A stretch of DNA of 64,000 nt from Patescibacteria group bacterium (GTDB lineage: Bacteria > Patescibacteriota > Microgenomatia > 2-02-FULL-39-11): contig JAMCUI010000009.1 in assembly GCA_023379265.1 (NCBI GenBank), positions 36,091 to 100,090 of the forward strand, written 5' to 3'. A program made the position numbers and the translations under genes. Below, in pieces: positions 37,649-47,648 of the stretch. Below the pieces are notes generated by a model. It was not told where the DNA came from, made no database searches, and worked only from the letters and a program-made list of their open reading frames with translations. Positions within the stretch are counted from its first letter, which is position 1; every line of letters starts with the position of its first letter.

Positions 37649-38479
37649 TCTTTTTTTTGTAGTGTTTGTGTTGAGGATTGAACCAATTTCTAATGTTTGC
37701 CCCTTTTCAATTGTAATTTTATTTGTTGAGTCATTATAAAATAGAGTAACTTTCCCAAGACCTTCAACCGATAATTTCCTATGAGGAAAATCAATGAGGA
37801 GAGCGGAATGTTCGTCAATGCCGATAATTAGCGCTTCAGAAGGGAGAATTTCTTTGAGTCTCATAAATCTTTCTTTTCCCATATAACAATACCGGGTATC
37901 AAGATGTTTTCCTCCCTCTTTATTATTCCAGTGGGTTATGATTGTCGTATTCGTAAAACCAGTTTCCCTGAATATATCCAATCCATCCTCCCAGTAGAGA
38001 TCAAAGCCGGCCTTATAAATCTCATATACCGGAAGAGTGAATTTTCCCACTGCTAAAGCCCCTGCGCTTGAGAAGCATAACGTTTTTCCTTTTTTCCAGG
38101 CAGAGTGGATATATTTCAAGGCAAGAGAACCCTTCATTTGTCTTACAGTATATGTCGGGCTGCCGGGGCCCATGAATATAAAATCAGCGGTTAATAGAGG
38201 TTCAAGTATGTTTTTGTTATTTGGGCTAAGAATGCTTTTTTTATTTCTTGCAGGAATGACGGAAACACTATTAATGAATTCTCTGAGGCTGAAGTCGAAT
38301 ATATTTTTTATTTCTCCAGCAACGTATTCTGTATTTGGCTGAAAACCTGCAGGAGTTTCCAATATGGCAACTTTATATCTTTTTCTTTCCTGTTGCATGA
38401 TTCTACGCAGTATTTTCTTGCCGGAAGGCGCAGTCTCACCTGAACCCAGCAGAGCGATCTTCCCAAAATTTAGAGACAT
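37634..38479 (-). CDS. peptidase S51/cyanophycinase-like protein
   Basis: LLGSGE, GPGSPTY, SAGA nucleophile elbow, HWNN.EGG, GIDEH. Confidence 0.75.
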   Translation of the reverse strand: MSLNFGKIALLGSGETAPSGKKILRRIMQQERKRYKVAILETPAGFQPNTEYVAGEIKNIFDFSLREFINSVSVIPARNKKSILSPNNKNILEPLLTADFIFMGPGSPTYTVRQMKGSLALKYIHSAWKKGKTLCFSSAGALAVGKFTLPVYEIYKAGFDLYWEDGLDIFRETGFTNTTIITHWNNKEGGKHLDTRYCYMGKERFMRLKEILPSEALIIGIDEHSALLIDFPHRKLSVEGLGKVTLFYNDSTNKITIEKGQTLEIGSILNTNTTKKRLFQI

Positions 38480-38531
38480 ATTTTGATATTTTATTGTACT
38501 ATTTGAATTTAGCGCAAGAAATTAATTTTAT

Positions 38532-39290
38532 TTAATTTTTCGTGACTATTTTAGTTATAAAGTTGCAGAAAAAAAGTGAGAGAAGTAAAGGGTCTAAAAA
38601 AGAGATGTGTAGGGGATAAAGTAGAATAAAAATAATCATAACCAAAAATCCAAAAATGTACTTCCATACTCCAGAAGCAATTGAAGTCATGGGTTCCGGT
38701 AGCATGATAAAGGAGAAAAGAAAAATGGAACCATCCAAAGTCAGAGTGATTGCGGTATGGATATTTTGGAAGAAAAGTTGAAAAAGAAAATAACCAAAAA
38801 GAAAAAGAAACGGCATTTGTACTCTTTTTAGTCTGAAAAGAATAAGGAGAGATAATAATAAAATTATTAGTGAAGGACCTCCCTGCGCCACAGACCACCA
38901 TGACGCAACAGAATGTAGTTTTAAGAGTGAAATTGACAGAATACCAAAGGCTGCAGGATTAAATATATGTCTGCTTCTCAGTTTTATAAAATGTTTAGAT
39001 AGGAATGCCGCAAGGACGACTAATATTATGGTTATTATTCCTTCTTTTGGACTTATTATAAGTCCAATAAGAAGTCCAGATACCAGCGACGAAAAGGGAT
39101 AAAACAATTTCTTTTTTGTTAGAAATATAAATGCCAGATCAAGAAGTACGAAAATAATGACTGAGAGAATAGGAAATACAATATTTTCCCACTTGGGATT
39201 TCTTAATACTGCGGTAATCAAGAGAAGAACAAGAATGGAAAATATTTCAACTCTAGTATCTCTTGTAATTAACTGAAGATATCTTTTCAT
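38532..39290 (-). CDS. RnfD/NqrB-like integral membrane protein (stand-alone)
   Basis: SK......HIFNPAAFG, F.F.M..EP.TS; about 8 TM. Confidence 0.7.
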   Translation of the reverse strand: MKRYLQLITRDTRVEIFSILVLLLITAVLRNPKWENIVFPILSVIIFVLLDLAFIFLTKKKLFYPFSSLVSGLLIGLIISPKEGIITIILVVLAAFLSKHFIKLRSRHIFNPAAFGILSISLLKLHSVASWWSVAQGGPSLIILLLSLLILFRLKRVQMPFLFLFGYFLFQLFFQNIHTAITLTLDGSIFLFSFIMLPEPMTSIASGVWKYIFGFLVMIIFILLYPLHISFLDPLLLSLFFCNFITKIVTKN

Positions 39291-39387
39291 TACTTGAATT
39301 ATATAATAAATCACTCTATATATTCTGTTTAGCCGGTTGCATTATTATTTCAGGTGTTATTAAATTATTACAGAAGGAGTTTAAGTT

Positions 39388-40161
39388 ATGCATTATATTT
39401 TTGCGGTTATATTATCAATTGTTGAAGGTATTTCGGAGTTTCTTCCTATATCATCGACAGGGCACCTGATATTGGCCAGTGATATATTGAGGATTCCTCA
39501 GACTGACTTTCAGAAGAGCTTCGAGATCTTTATACAGTTGGGGGCTATCTTATCCGTGGTTTTATTATATCGTGATACGCTTCTTCATAGCATAAAAGTC
39601 TGGGAGAGGGTATTAATCGCTTTTATACCTACCGGTATTTTGGGCTTGACTTTGTTTAAGCTGATAAAGAATTATCTTCTTGGAAATACATCAGTAGTTT
39701 TAACATCTCTTTTTTTGGGAGGAATAGCCCTGATTATTTTGGAAAAATTACATAAGGAAAAAGATTTCCATATAGAGGAAATGGAAAAAATTACATATAA
39801 GCAGGCTTTTCTTATCGGGCTTTTCCAGTCGATAGCGATGGTTCCAGGAGTGTCTAGGTCTGCTGCTACTATATTCGGAGGTTTATATCTAGGACTCAAG
39901 AGAAAAACTGCAGTGGAGTTTTCTTTTCTCTTGGCTGTACCTACCATGGTGGCTGCTACAGGACTTGATTTGGTGAAAAGTCATGCATACTTTACCAGTC
40001 AGGAATTTATTCTTTTATCCATCGGATTTATCGGATCGTTTATCACAGCCTATATGACGATTAAATACTTCCTGAAGTATATTAAAACACATAATTTCAT
40101 CCAGTTTGGAGTATATAGGATCGTCATGTCACTTGCTTTCTGGTTTTTGGTAGTTAGATAA
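39388..40161 (+). CDS. uppP: undecaprenyl-diphosphate phosphatase
   Basis: VEG.SEFLPISSTGH, IQLGA, PG.SRS..TI, EFSFLLAVP. Confidence 0.95.
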   Translation: MHYIFAVILSIVEGISEFLPISSTGHLILASDILRIPQTDFQKSFEIFIQLGAILSVVLLYRDTLLHSIKVWERVLIAFIPTGILGLTLFKLIKNYLLGNTSVVLTSLFLGGIALIILEKLHKEKDFHIEEMEKITYKQAFLIGLFQSIAMVPGVSRSAATIFGGLYLGLKRKTAVEFSFLLAVPTMVAATGLDLVKSHAYFTSQEFILLSIGFIGSFITAYMTIKYFLKYIKTHNFIQFGVYRIVMSLAFWFLVVR

Positions 40162-40165
40162 ATTA

Positions 40166-40489
40166 ATGATTGTGTTAAAGGCTAAATACCTGAAAAATTC
40201 CTTACAGAAAACGGTGGGACTTATTGGTGAAAAAAATCCTCAAACCGTATACTTTAATACCCGTTTTGGCATTCATACCTTTGGTGTGGGATTTTCCATA
40301 GATGTTCTTGTGCTTTCGAGAGAAAATACTATTGTTAAAGTCAAGGAAAATATGCATCCGAATAACGTTTTTTTTTGGAATCCTATTTATGACAAGGTAG
40401 TTGAAATGCCTGCAGGTGGTGTAAAAAAGAATAAAATTAAAAAGGGAGAATTAGTGAAATTGGTACTAGATCATTCACTAGGAGGATAA
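40166..40489 (+). CDS. DUF192-like protein
   Basis: IHTFG..F.IDVL.L, V.E.PAG. Confidence 0.7.
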   Translation: MIVLKAKYLKNSLQKTVGLIGEKNPQTVYFNTRFGIHTFGVGFSIDVLVLSRENTIVKVKENMHPNNVFFWNPIYDKVVEMPAGGVKKNKIKKGELVKLVLDHSLGG

Positions 40490-40507
40490 TAAACAGTCTT
40501 AGATAAC

Positions 40508-40541
40508 TCTAAGTTGTTTCTCAGCTTTATACTGATATAAT
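40508..40541 (+). promoter_or_regulatory. tandem-repeat regulator site plus extended -10 upstream of the response regulator
   Basis: TCTAAGTTGTTTCTCAGCT then TGATATAAT; a near-identical site lies at 42540-42558. Confidence 0.6.
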
Positions 40542-40548
40542 TTCCCAA

Positions 40549-41226
40549 ATGAGAATTCTTGTTGTTGAGGATGAACATAAGATCGCCAATTCCATAAAGA
40601 AAGGGCTTGAGCAGGAGTCGTATGCCGTGGATGTTGCTTATGACGGTACTGATGGTTATGATCTAGCAGCAAGTGAGGATTATGATGTAATTATTCTAGA
40701 TCTTATGCTTCCCGGGATAGACGGTTGGGAAATTTGTCGCAGGCTGCGTGAAAGTAACAATCATACCCCGGTTCTGATGTTGACTGCCAGAGGACAGCTT
40801 GAGGAAAAATTAAAAGGTTTCCGTCTTGGTGCAGATGATTATCTTACAAAACCATTTGCATTTCTGGAACTTTTAGCAAGAGTGAAAGCTCTAAACAGAA
40901 GGCCCAAAAATACAATAAGTACGATACTTTCAACTGGTGGGTTAACTTTGGATACCAATACATTTGAGGTAAAAAGGGATAGGATAATAATCAATCTTTC
41001 CAGAAAAGAATTTGCTCTTTTGGAATACCTGTTACGGCATCAGGGGAAAATTTTGACAAAAGACCAGATTATTGGAAATGTTTGGAATTATGACGCGGAT
41101 ATATTACCAAATACAGTTGAGGTCTATATAGGTTATCTGCGCAATAAAATAGATAAGCCTTTTAAGAAAAAGAAAGAATTAATTCAAACAATTCGAGGAT
41201 TTGGATACAAAATCAGTACAAGATAA
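40549..41226 (+). CDS. OmpR/PhoB family response regulator
   Basis: ILVVEDE, D.MLPG.DG, GADDYL.KPF, wHTH VEVYI.YLR.K...TIRG.GY. Confidence 0.96.
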   Translation: MRILVVEDEHKIANSIKKGLEQESYAVDVAYDGTDGYDLAASEDYDVIILDLMLPGIDGWEICRRLRESNNHTPVLMLTARGQLEEKLKGFRLGADDYLTKPFAFLELLARVKALNRRPKNTISTILSTGGLTLDTNTFEVKRDRIIINLSRKEFALLEYLLRHQGKILTKDQIIGNVWNYDADILPNTVEVYIGYLRNKIDKPFKKKKELIQTIRGFGYKISTR

Positions 41227-41295
41227 AAATCAAATGGCGGAAAACTAGAATTTATTAATGTAAAAGAATTACTGCGATAGATAGAAATTAAATAT

Positions 41296-42309
41296 ATGCA
41301 AATGTTTCATTCAGCCAGATTAAAACTGACACTTTTTTATGTCTTTGTCATATTTTTGATAAGCAGTGTTTTCAGTGTGGCAATATATAGGGTTTTGAGT
41401 CATGAGCTTGATAGGGGCTTGAGATTACAGAGACTTAGAATTGAAAGACCTGATCGAGTTTTGAATCCCGATTTGCCGCTTTTTTTATATCCTGCAGATA
41501 CGCAAATTCTTAGAGATGAGCTCACAAGGATAAGGCTAAATCTTATTCTTATAGATGCAGCTATTGTTTTGGTAAGTGGAATAGCTGGTTATTTTTTGGC
41601 TGGTAGAACGCTGGCTCCGATTGAAGAAATGGTAGACGAGCAAAAGAGATTTATAGCTGACGCTTCACACGAACTGCGTACTCCTCTTACTGTTTTGAAG
41701 ACTGAGTCGGAAGTAGCTTTGCGGGATACAAAATTGGATCTTTCTCAAGCTAAAAACCAAATAAAGAGCAATTTAGAAGAAGTGGCAAAATTGCAGTCGT
41801 TATCTGACCATCTTTTGACATTATCCAGATACGAGGATATAAGTCTGAGTCTGGATATGAGGAAAATAAAGCTACAAGAGATTCTGGAAAAGGCAAAAGG
41901 GAATGTTTTGCTTCTTGCCAAAAAGAAAAGAATCCAAATTAAGATAGAGAGTACACGAGTTGAGGTTTCAGGAGAAGAAGTCAGCTTAATTGAATTATTT
42001 ACCATATTTATGGATAACGCCGTCAAATACAGTCCTTTAGGAAGCAATGTTTTAGTTAAAGTAAAAACTGAAGGAAAAAAAGCAACAGTGCAGATAAAAG
42101 ACAATGGCATTGGTATTAAAGCCAGTGATCTCCCGTATATATTTAACCGTTTTTACAGGGCTGACATGTCCAGGGAAAAAAACAAAGTAGGTGGGTATGG
42201 TCTGGGATTGCCGATTGCAAAAAGTATTGTGGAATATTATCACGGAAAAATTGATGTTATAAGTTCACCAGGAAAAGGAACGATATTTACCATATCTCTT
42301 CCTTTTTAA
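41296..42309 (+). CDS. sensor histidine kinase
   Basis: ASHELRTPL, N box DNAVKY, DNGIGI, GYGLGL; two TM. Confidence 0.95.
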   Translation: MQMFHSARLKLTLFYVFVIFLISSVFSVAIYRVLSHELDRGLRLQRLRIERPDRVLNPDLPLFLYPADTQILRDELTRIRLNLILIDAAIVLVSGIAGYFLAGRTLAPIEEMVDEQKRFIADASHELRTPLTVLKTESEVALRDTKLDLSQAKNQIKSNLEEVAKLQSLSDHLLTLSRYEDISLSLDMRKIKLQEILEKAKGNVLLLAKKKRIQIKIESTRVEVSGEEVSLIELFTIFMDNAVKYSPLGSNVLVKVKTEGKKATVQIKDNGIGIKASDLPYIFNRFYRADMSREKNKVGGYGLGLPIAKSIVEYYHGKIDVISSPGKGTIFTISLPF

Positions 42310-42399
42310 TCCTTCGCAGAAATCATCGGGCTTTAGCCCGTGTGATGAATGCAAATTAATTCTTCGTAGGAATTATCAGGTTTAAGTCTGTAGAGTGAG
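42306..42399. repeat. two degenerate ~44-bp palindromic repeats (period 50); REP-like or IS200/IS605-end-like
   Basis: TTAATCCTTCGCAGAAATCATCGGGCTTTAGCCCG vs TTAATTCTTCGTAGGAATTATCAGGTTTAAGTCTG. Confidence 0.6.
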
Positions 42400-42539
42400 A
42401 GCAAATTTTATCCTATCTAGGATAGAACTCCCTTTATACTTTGCTATTGCTTTTATTTTATGTCATGATGTGACATTATTTATACATAAACGATTTTTGT
42501 AGAAAGTAAGGAAGTGCTATACACCTACTACAATTTTAT

Positions 42540-42572
42540 TTTAAGCTAATTCTCAGCTAAGTCTTTTAATAT
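42540..42572 (+). promoter_or_regulatory. second tandem-repeat regulator site plus -10 upstream of the MacA-like gene
   Basis: TTTAAGCTAATTCTCAGCT then TAATAT 7 nt before ATG 42580. Confidence 0.55.
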
Positions 42573-42579
42573 CCTTTTT

Positions 42580-43881
42580 ATGAAGAAAACAAAAGAATTG
42601 TTTTCCAGATTTTTCAAAAATCGACTGAGAGCTGGAGTCGTTATAGTACTTATTTTGACAGTCATATTTTTCGGATGGCAAAAAGTAAAAGGTTCCCAAC
42701 AGACAGTCCAATACCAGACAACAAAGGTCGCTAAAGGAACAATTGTTTCTTCGATTTCTGTTTCCGGACAGATTGCTACGGCAGGAAAAATGACAGTTAC
42801 TTCACAAGCTTCGGGAGTTGTGAAAGATATATTGGTCAAAAACGGTGATCATGTCAGTCAAGGACAGACATTAATGACCGTTACACCCGATTCCGTGGGA
42901 TTACAGCGTCAGCAGCAGGCATATGCAAGCTATCTTTCAGCACAAAACAGTTTGGCATCAGACAATGCTAAACTTTACAGCCTTCAGTCAACCATGATGG
43001 GTAATTGGAAAACGTATATGGATACAGCGCAGAACTCGACTTACCAGAATTCTGACGAGACGCCCAATACCGCCAACAGGGCGTTACCCCAATTTTACGA
43101 AGTTTATGACAACTGGCTCAATTCAGAGGCCCAGTATAAAAATCAGCAGGGCGTGATAACTCAAGATCAGGCAGCATTGTCAAATTCTTGGTTGAATTAT
43201 CAGGCTGCTTCTTCCATAATTACCGCTCCTGCTGCGGGGATAGTACAAGATATTACATTGGTTCCCGGTATGACTTTGGCTGCGCAATCAAACAGTCAAA
43301 GCAGTGCCGCTGTTTCCCAAAAGATTGCCACGATCACTACAGGTAATACTATTGCAGGGCAGTTTAGCGTCGCTGAAATTGACGTAGGTACCATAAAAGA
43401 AGGAGAAAAAACCACTCTCACTCTGGATGCATTTCCAGACAAGACATTTACAGGTACAGTTACCGGAGTAGACAGGACAGGTGCAGTCAGTTCTGGGGTT
43501 ACAAATTATCCTCTCACGATTACCTTTGATCCGACAACGGCAAATATATTGCCCAATATGTCGGCAACAGCCAATATAATTACAGCAACAAAAGATAGGG
43601 TTCTTTTAGTACCTTCATCTGCAGTACAAACAAGTGGTACACAGTCTTATGTCAGAGTATTGCAAAACGGAAATCCGGTAAGTATGCCCGTTCAAACAGG
43701 CATATCTTCTGATACGCAGATTGAAATTGTCTCAGGAATATCCGAAGGTGATGACGTAATTACAGGGACGTTAAGCGGAAGCGCGCAGACTTCAAGTGGT
43801 AGCCGATCAGTATTTAGTAGTGGTTTCGGAGGTGGTGGTGGGGGCGGAGCATTGAGAGTGGGCGGTTTTGGAGGCCGGTAA
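42580..43881 (+). CDS. MacA/HlyD-like membrane fusion (adaptor) protein
   Basis: N-terminal TM, G.V..I.VKNGD.V..GQ.L lipoyl halves, I.AP..G, VL.VP.SAV, GLSEGD-like end. Confidence 0.9.
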   Translation: MKKTKELFSRFFKNRLRAGVVIVLILTVIFFGWQKVKGSQQTVQYQTTKVAKGTIVSSISVSGQIATAGKMTVTSQASGVVKDILVKNGDHVSQGQTLMTVTPDSVGLQRQQQAYASYLSAQNSLASDNAKLYSLQSTMMGNWKTYMDTAQNSTYQNSDETPNTANRALPQFYEVYDNWLNSEAQYKNQQGVITQDQAALSNSWLNYQAASSIITAPAAGIVQDITLVPGMTLAAQSNSQSSAAVSQKIATITTGNTIAGQFSVAEIDVGTIKEGEKTTLTLDAFPDKTFTGTVTGVDRTGAVSSGVTNYPLTITFDPTTANILPNMSATANIITATKDRVLLVPSSAVQTSGTQSYVRVLQNGNPVSMPVQTGISSDTQIEIVSGISEGDDVITGTLSGSAQTSSGSRSVFSSGFGGGGGGGALRVGGFGGR

Positions 43882-43927
43882 GACATTAAATTGAAATTTT
43901 ACATCATTTTTATGTCAGGAATTATAT

Positions 43928-44626
43928 ATGATCAAAGTCACACATTTGTCAAAAATCTACAAGATGGATGGGGTACAGACCGTAGCCCTTTCAGACATCA
44001 ATTTCGAGATAGATAAAGGTGAATATGTAGCCATCATGGGTCCTTCCGGATCAGGAAAATCCACACTAATGCATATGTTGGGAGCTCTTGATACTCCTAC
44101 ATCCGGTAAGTATATACTGGATGGGCAGGAAGTCGGTAACCTTTCGGATGATGAGTTGGCTGAGATCAGGAACAAAAAAATAGGATTTGTCTTCCAAGCT
44201 TTTAATCTTCTCCCTCGCACTTCCGCCCTCAAAAACGTCATATTGCCTTTATCTTACGCAAGTTACCCTAAAGAAAATAGGGAAAAAAGAGCTACCGAAC
44301 TTTTGACGATGGTAGGACTTGGTGACAGATTACATCATAACTCCAACCAGCTTTCCGGAGGTCAACAGCAGAGGGTAGCCATAGCCCGTGCCCTAGCCAT
44401 GGATCCCGCCCTACTTTTAGCTGATGAGCCCACAGGAAATCTGGCAACCAGTCAGAGCGAGGAGATAATGACAATTTTTTCGGATTTGAACAAAAAGGGG
44501 CATACTATCATTATGATTACTCATGAACCTTTGATCGCTAAATTCGCCAAGAGAATAATTACCGTGAGGGACGGTAAAATTATAAAGGACGAGAAAAATG
44601 GTAAGCATTTAAAGATTAAAGTATAA
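43928..44626 (+). CDS. ABC transporter ATP-binding protein (LolD/MacB-like)
   Basis: GPSGSGKST, GFVFQ.FNL, LSGGQQQR, ADEPTGNL. Confidence 0.95.
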   Translation: MIKVTHLSKIYKMDGVQTVALSDINFEIDKGEYVAIMGPSGSGKSTLMHMLGALDTPTSGKYILDGQEVGNLSDDELAEIRNKKIGFVFQAFNLLPRTSALKNVILPLSYASYPKENREKRATELLTMVGLGDRLHHNSNQLSGGQQQRVAIARALAMDPALLLADEPTGNLATSQSEEIMTIFSDLNKKGHTIIMITHEPLIAKFAKRIITVRDGKIIKDEKNGKHLKIKV

Positions 44627-44631
44627 ATTGT

Positions 44632-45855
44632 ATGGATTTTTTTGAACTTTTAGCAGAAAGTTTGAATGCATTGACTCTAAATAAGATGCGTACCGCTTTA
44701 GCCACATTGGGTATAGTCATCGGTATTGGAGCTGTAATCGCTCTTATCTCTTTAGGGCAGGCAGGTCAGAAAGCGGTACAGTCGCAGATAGAATCTTTAG
44801 GTTCAAATCTTCTTACGGTTATGCCCGGTGCCGCAACAACAGGAGGAGTCAGGGGTGCTGCCGGAGGCGATACGACATTGACTTATGATGATGCCAAAGC
44901 TATTTCAACTTCTCCGGAAATTACAGCAATAAGTAATGTTTCTCCTGAGTTGTCCAGAAGAGCACAGGTGACGGCGGGAAGAAATAATTCCAACACACAA
45001 GTGGTGGGAGTGATACCGTCTTATGCTGCTGTAAGAAATGTGACTATGTCTGCAGGAACTTTTATTACCTCGAATAATGTTGACAGTGAGGAAAAAGTAG
45101 CTGTGTTGGGTCCACAGGTAGTTAGTGATCTTTTCGGCGACGGAGCAGATCCAGTTGGACAATCAATCAGGATAAACAAACAAGCTTTCAGGATTGTTGG
45201 AATAACAGTTTCTAAAGGAGGTACAGGGTTTCTCAATCAGGACGATATTGTGTTTGTGCCATTGACGACAGCCCAAAACCAGCTTTTTGGCGTGGATTAT
45301 GTTAGTACCATTTCTCTTGCAGCCAAAAGCGCCGATGTCATGACTGAAGCAGAGAACCAGGTAGTTTATCTGCTTTTGTCACGGCACAAAATAAAAGATC
45401 CAGCAAATGCTGATTTCAGGATTTTTTCACAGGCTGACGTTTTGGGAGCTGCATCTCAAGTAACTGGAACATTCAGCGCTCTTCTTTCAGGAATTGCCGC
45501 CATTTCACTTCTAGTTGGGGGTATAGGGATAATGAATATAATGCTAGTGACAGTGACTGAGAGGACAAGAGAGATAGGTTTGCGCAAGGCTCTTGGAGCC
45601 AAGAAGAAAACGGTTATAGCTCAGTTTTTGGCCGAATCTATAATTCTAACATTTGTCGGTGGAGTCATAGGTATGATTTTGGGGGCAGGGTTGTCACTTG
45701 TGATATCACATTTTATCAGTCTGCCGTTTACTCTTTCATTCTCAGCGATTGTTTTGGCAATAGGCGTATCAGCAGGAATAGGAATCGTGTTTGGATTGTA
45801 TCCTGCAAGGAAAGCTGCAGACTTATCACCGATAGAAGCGTTGAGATACGAATAA
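44632..45855 (+). CDS. MacB/FtsX-type ABC permease
   Basis: LGI.IGI.AV, VGGIGIMNIMLV.V.ERT.EIG.RKALGA, PIEALRYE. Confidence 0.95.
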   Translation: MDFFELLAESLNALTLNKMRTALATLGIVIGIGAVIALISLGQAGQKAVQSQIESLGSNLLTVMPGAATTGGVRGAAGGDTTLTYDDAKAISTSPEITAISNVSPELSRRAQVTAGRNNSNTQVVGVIPSYAAVRNVTMSAGTFITSNNVDSEEKVAVLGPQVVSDLFGDGADPVGQSIRINKQAFRIVGITVSKGGTGFLNQDDIVFVPLTTAQNQLFGVDYVSTISLAAKSADVMTEAENQVVYLLLSRHKIKDPANADFRIFSQADVLGAASQVTGTFSALLSGIAAISLLVGGIGIMNIMLVTVTERTREIGLRKALGAKKKTVIAQFLAESIILTFVGGVIGMILGAGLSLVISHFISLPFTLSFSAIVLAIGVSAGIGIVFGLYPARKAADLSPIEALRYE

Positions 45856-45903
45856 TCATCGGATTGAATATTTAATCCTCCATTATATTAGTACTTGAAA
45901 TAT

Positions 45904-46974
45904 ATGATTATAAATAAAAAATTACTCAGCCTAACAGTTTTTTGTTTGATTGTTCTTGTTGCATACGGCTTGTATCGGAAGAATGTACTCACAACTTTAT
46001 CAGCGGGTCCGGATGCATCCGGGTCAGCAAGTTTGCAAACTACAGCAGATTTAAACCCTTTGACTATTGCAGCCATGAGGCAAAGAAGCTATCAGGGCAG
46101 CACTATCAAGATAGAGGAAACTCTTTCTCCAGGTAGCAATTACAACCGTTATATCGCTTCCTATATTTCCGATGGGCTTAAAATATATGGATTGTTGACA
46201 GTGCCTGACGGTCAGAAACCCAAAGGCGGCTGGCCGGCAATAATTTTTAACCATGGCTATATTCCTCCCGAGCAATATAGAACAACAGAAAGATACGTCG
46301 CTTATGTGGATGAATTTGCCAGAAACGGTTATGTAGTTTTTAAGCCTGATTATAGGGGTAACGGCAGTTCTGAAGGTAAGCCTGAAGGAGCGTACTATTC
46401 ACCTGCATATACAGTGGATGTATTAAATGCGTTGTCTTCTGTAAAAAAGTATAGTGGAGTTGATCCCAACAGAATCGGTATGTGGGGGCATTCCATGGGC
46501 GGCAACATCACTCTTCGGGCGATGGTGGTATCCAAAGATATAAAAGTGGGGGTGATCTGGGGTGGCGTAGTAGGAACTTATGATCAATTGATGAACCATT
46601 GGCATAGGACTACACCTTGGGCTCCATCTGAAAAAGAGATAGCAGCCCACGTGACATCAATAAGGCAAAATTTAGCGGTTAAGTATGGCTCATTGCAACA
46701 AAACCCGGATTTTTGGCACAGTATTGACCCCCGGTATTATTTATCCGATATTTCAGGCCCCTTGCAACTTGACCAGGGATTGGCTGATGAGGAGGTTCCT
46801 CCTGAGTTTTCTCAAAGTCTTTATGATGATTTGAAGAAAATTGGTAAAACAGTTGAGTTGTATACATATCCCGGGGCAGATCATAATATTTCCGATCCAT
46901 CATTTACGATAGCAATGCAGCATTCACTTGATTTTTTTGATAAATACTTGAAAGGGGGTGACACAGTAAAATGA
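45904..46974 (+). CDS. secreted alpha/beta hydrolase (S9-like peptidase)
   Basis: HGY, DYRG.G.S, GHSMGG, D.EVP, GADH triad; N-terminal TM. Confidence 0.88.
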   Translation: MIINKKLLSLTVFCLIVLVAYGLYRKNVLTTLSAGPDASGSASLQTTADLNPLTIAAMRQRSYQGSTIKIEETLSPGSNYNRYIASYISDGLKIYGLLTVPDGQKPKGGWPAIIFNHGYIPPEQYRTTERYVAYVDEFARNGYVVFKPDYRGNGSSEGKPEGAYYSPAYTVDVLNALSSVKKYSGVDPNRIGMWGHSMGGNITLRAMVVSKDIKVGVIWGGVVGTYDQLMNHWHRTTPWAPSEKEIAAHVTSIRQNLAVKYGSLQQNPDFWHSIDPRYYLSDISGPLQLDQGLADEEVPPEFSQSLYDDLKKIGKTVELYTYPGADHNISDPSFTIAMQHSLDFFDKYLKGGDTVK

Positions 46975-47417
46975 ATAATAAGATTATAATCGTTATTTTA
47001 GTAATAGTGGTTGCGGTAGCTTCTTTTTATGGAGGTACTATGTATTCGGGGAGCCGCAGGAGTAATAATTTTGGTTCTGGAGGTGTAAACGGTGGACAAT
47101 TCAGACAAAGATTCGGTGGTAATGGCGGAAGTTCGAATAATATCCCAGTTAGAGGTAAAGTGACAAGTATTGATAAAAATAGTATGACTATACAGATGAA
47201 TGACGGTAGCAGTAAAATAGTCATTCTGTCCAATGATACCAGAATAAGCCAGGCACAATCTGCCAAAATATCCGATATCAAAAATGGAAATGAAGTAATG
47301 GCATTTGGCGTGTCTAATTCGGATGGAAGTGTTACAGCTCAAGATGTACAGTTGAATCCGGCCAATTTCCGTTTTGGAGCTGGTACGGGTGCCAGTCCTA
47401 GTCCTTCAGGAATGTAA
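46971..47417 (+). CDS. membrane-anchored OB-fold-like hypothetical protein (DUF5666-like)
   Basis: N-terminal TM, Gly-rich linker, G.V.S.D..S.TI...DGSSKIV, G..V.V.G....DG.V.A. Confidence 0.65.
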   Translation: MNNKIIIVILVIVVAVASFYGGTMYSGSRRSNNFGSGGVNGGQFRQRFGGNGGSSNNIPVRGKVTSIDKNSMTIQMNDGSSKIVILSNDTRISQAQSAKISDIKNGNEVMAFGVSNSDGSVTAQDVQLNPANFRFGAGTGASPSPSGM

Positions 47418-47648
47418 TTGAGAAAGTTGTTTATAATTTGACTCATAAAACTCATAGGGTATAAGGTATGATATCTGCCTTATACCTGAGAGTTAAACTA
47501 TATTTTATTAAACAATCAGAATTAGAAGAGGGAGAAGTCCTTTATCGGAGTATAATAAAGTTATTCTATAATATTGAACTCGGGAATTATTTATTTACCT
47601 CTAACTTTAGGTTAGAGTTTGTATTTATAGGACTGGGAAACAGAATTC

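Noticed and set aside
43810-43881. GGT/GGC-rich run as a DNA repeat element
   Set aside because: It simply encodes the Gly-rich tail common in MacA-like adaptors
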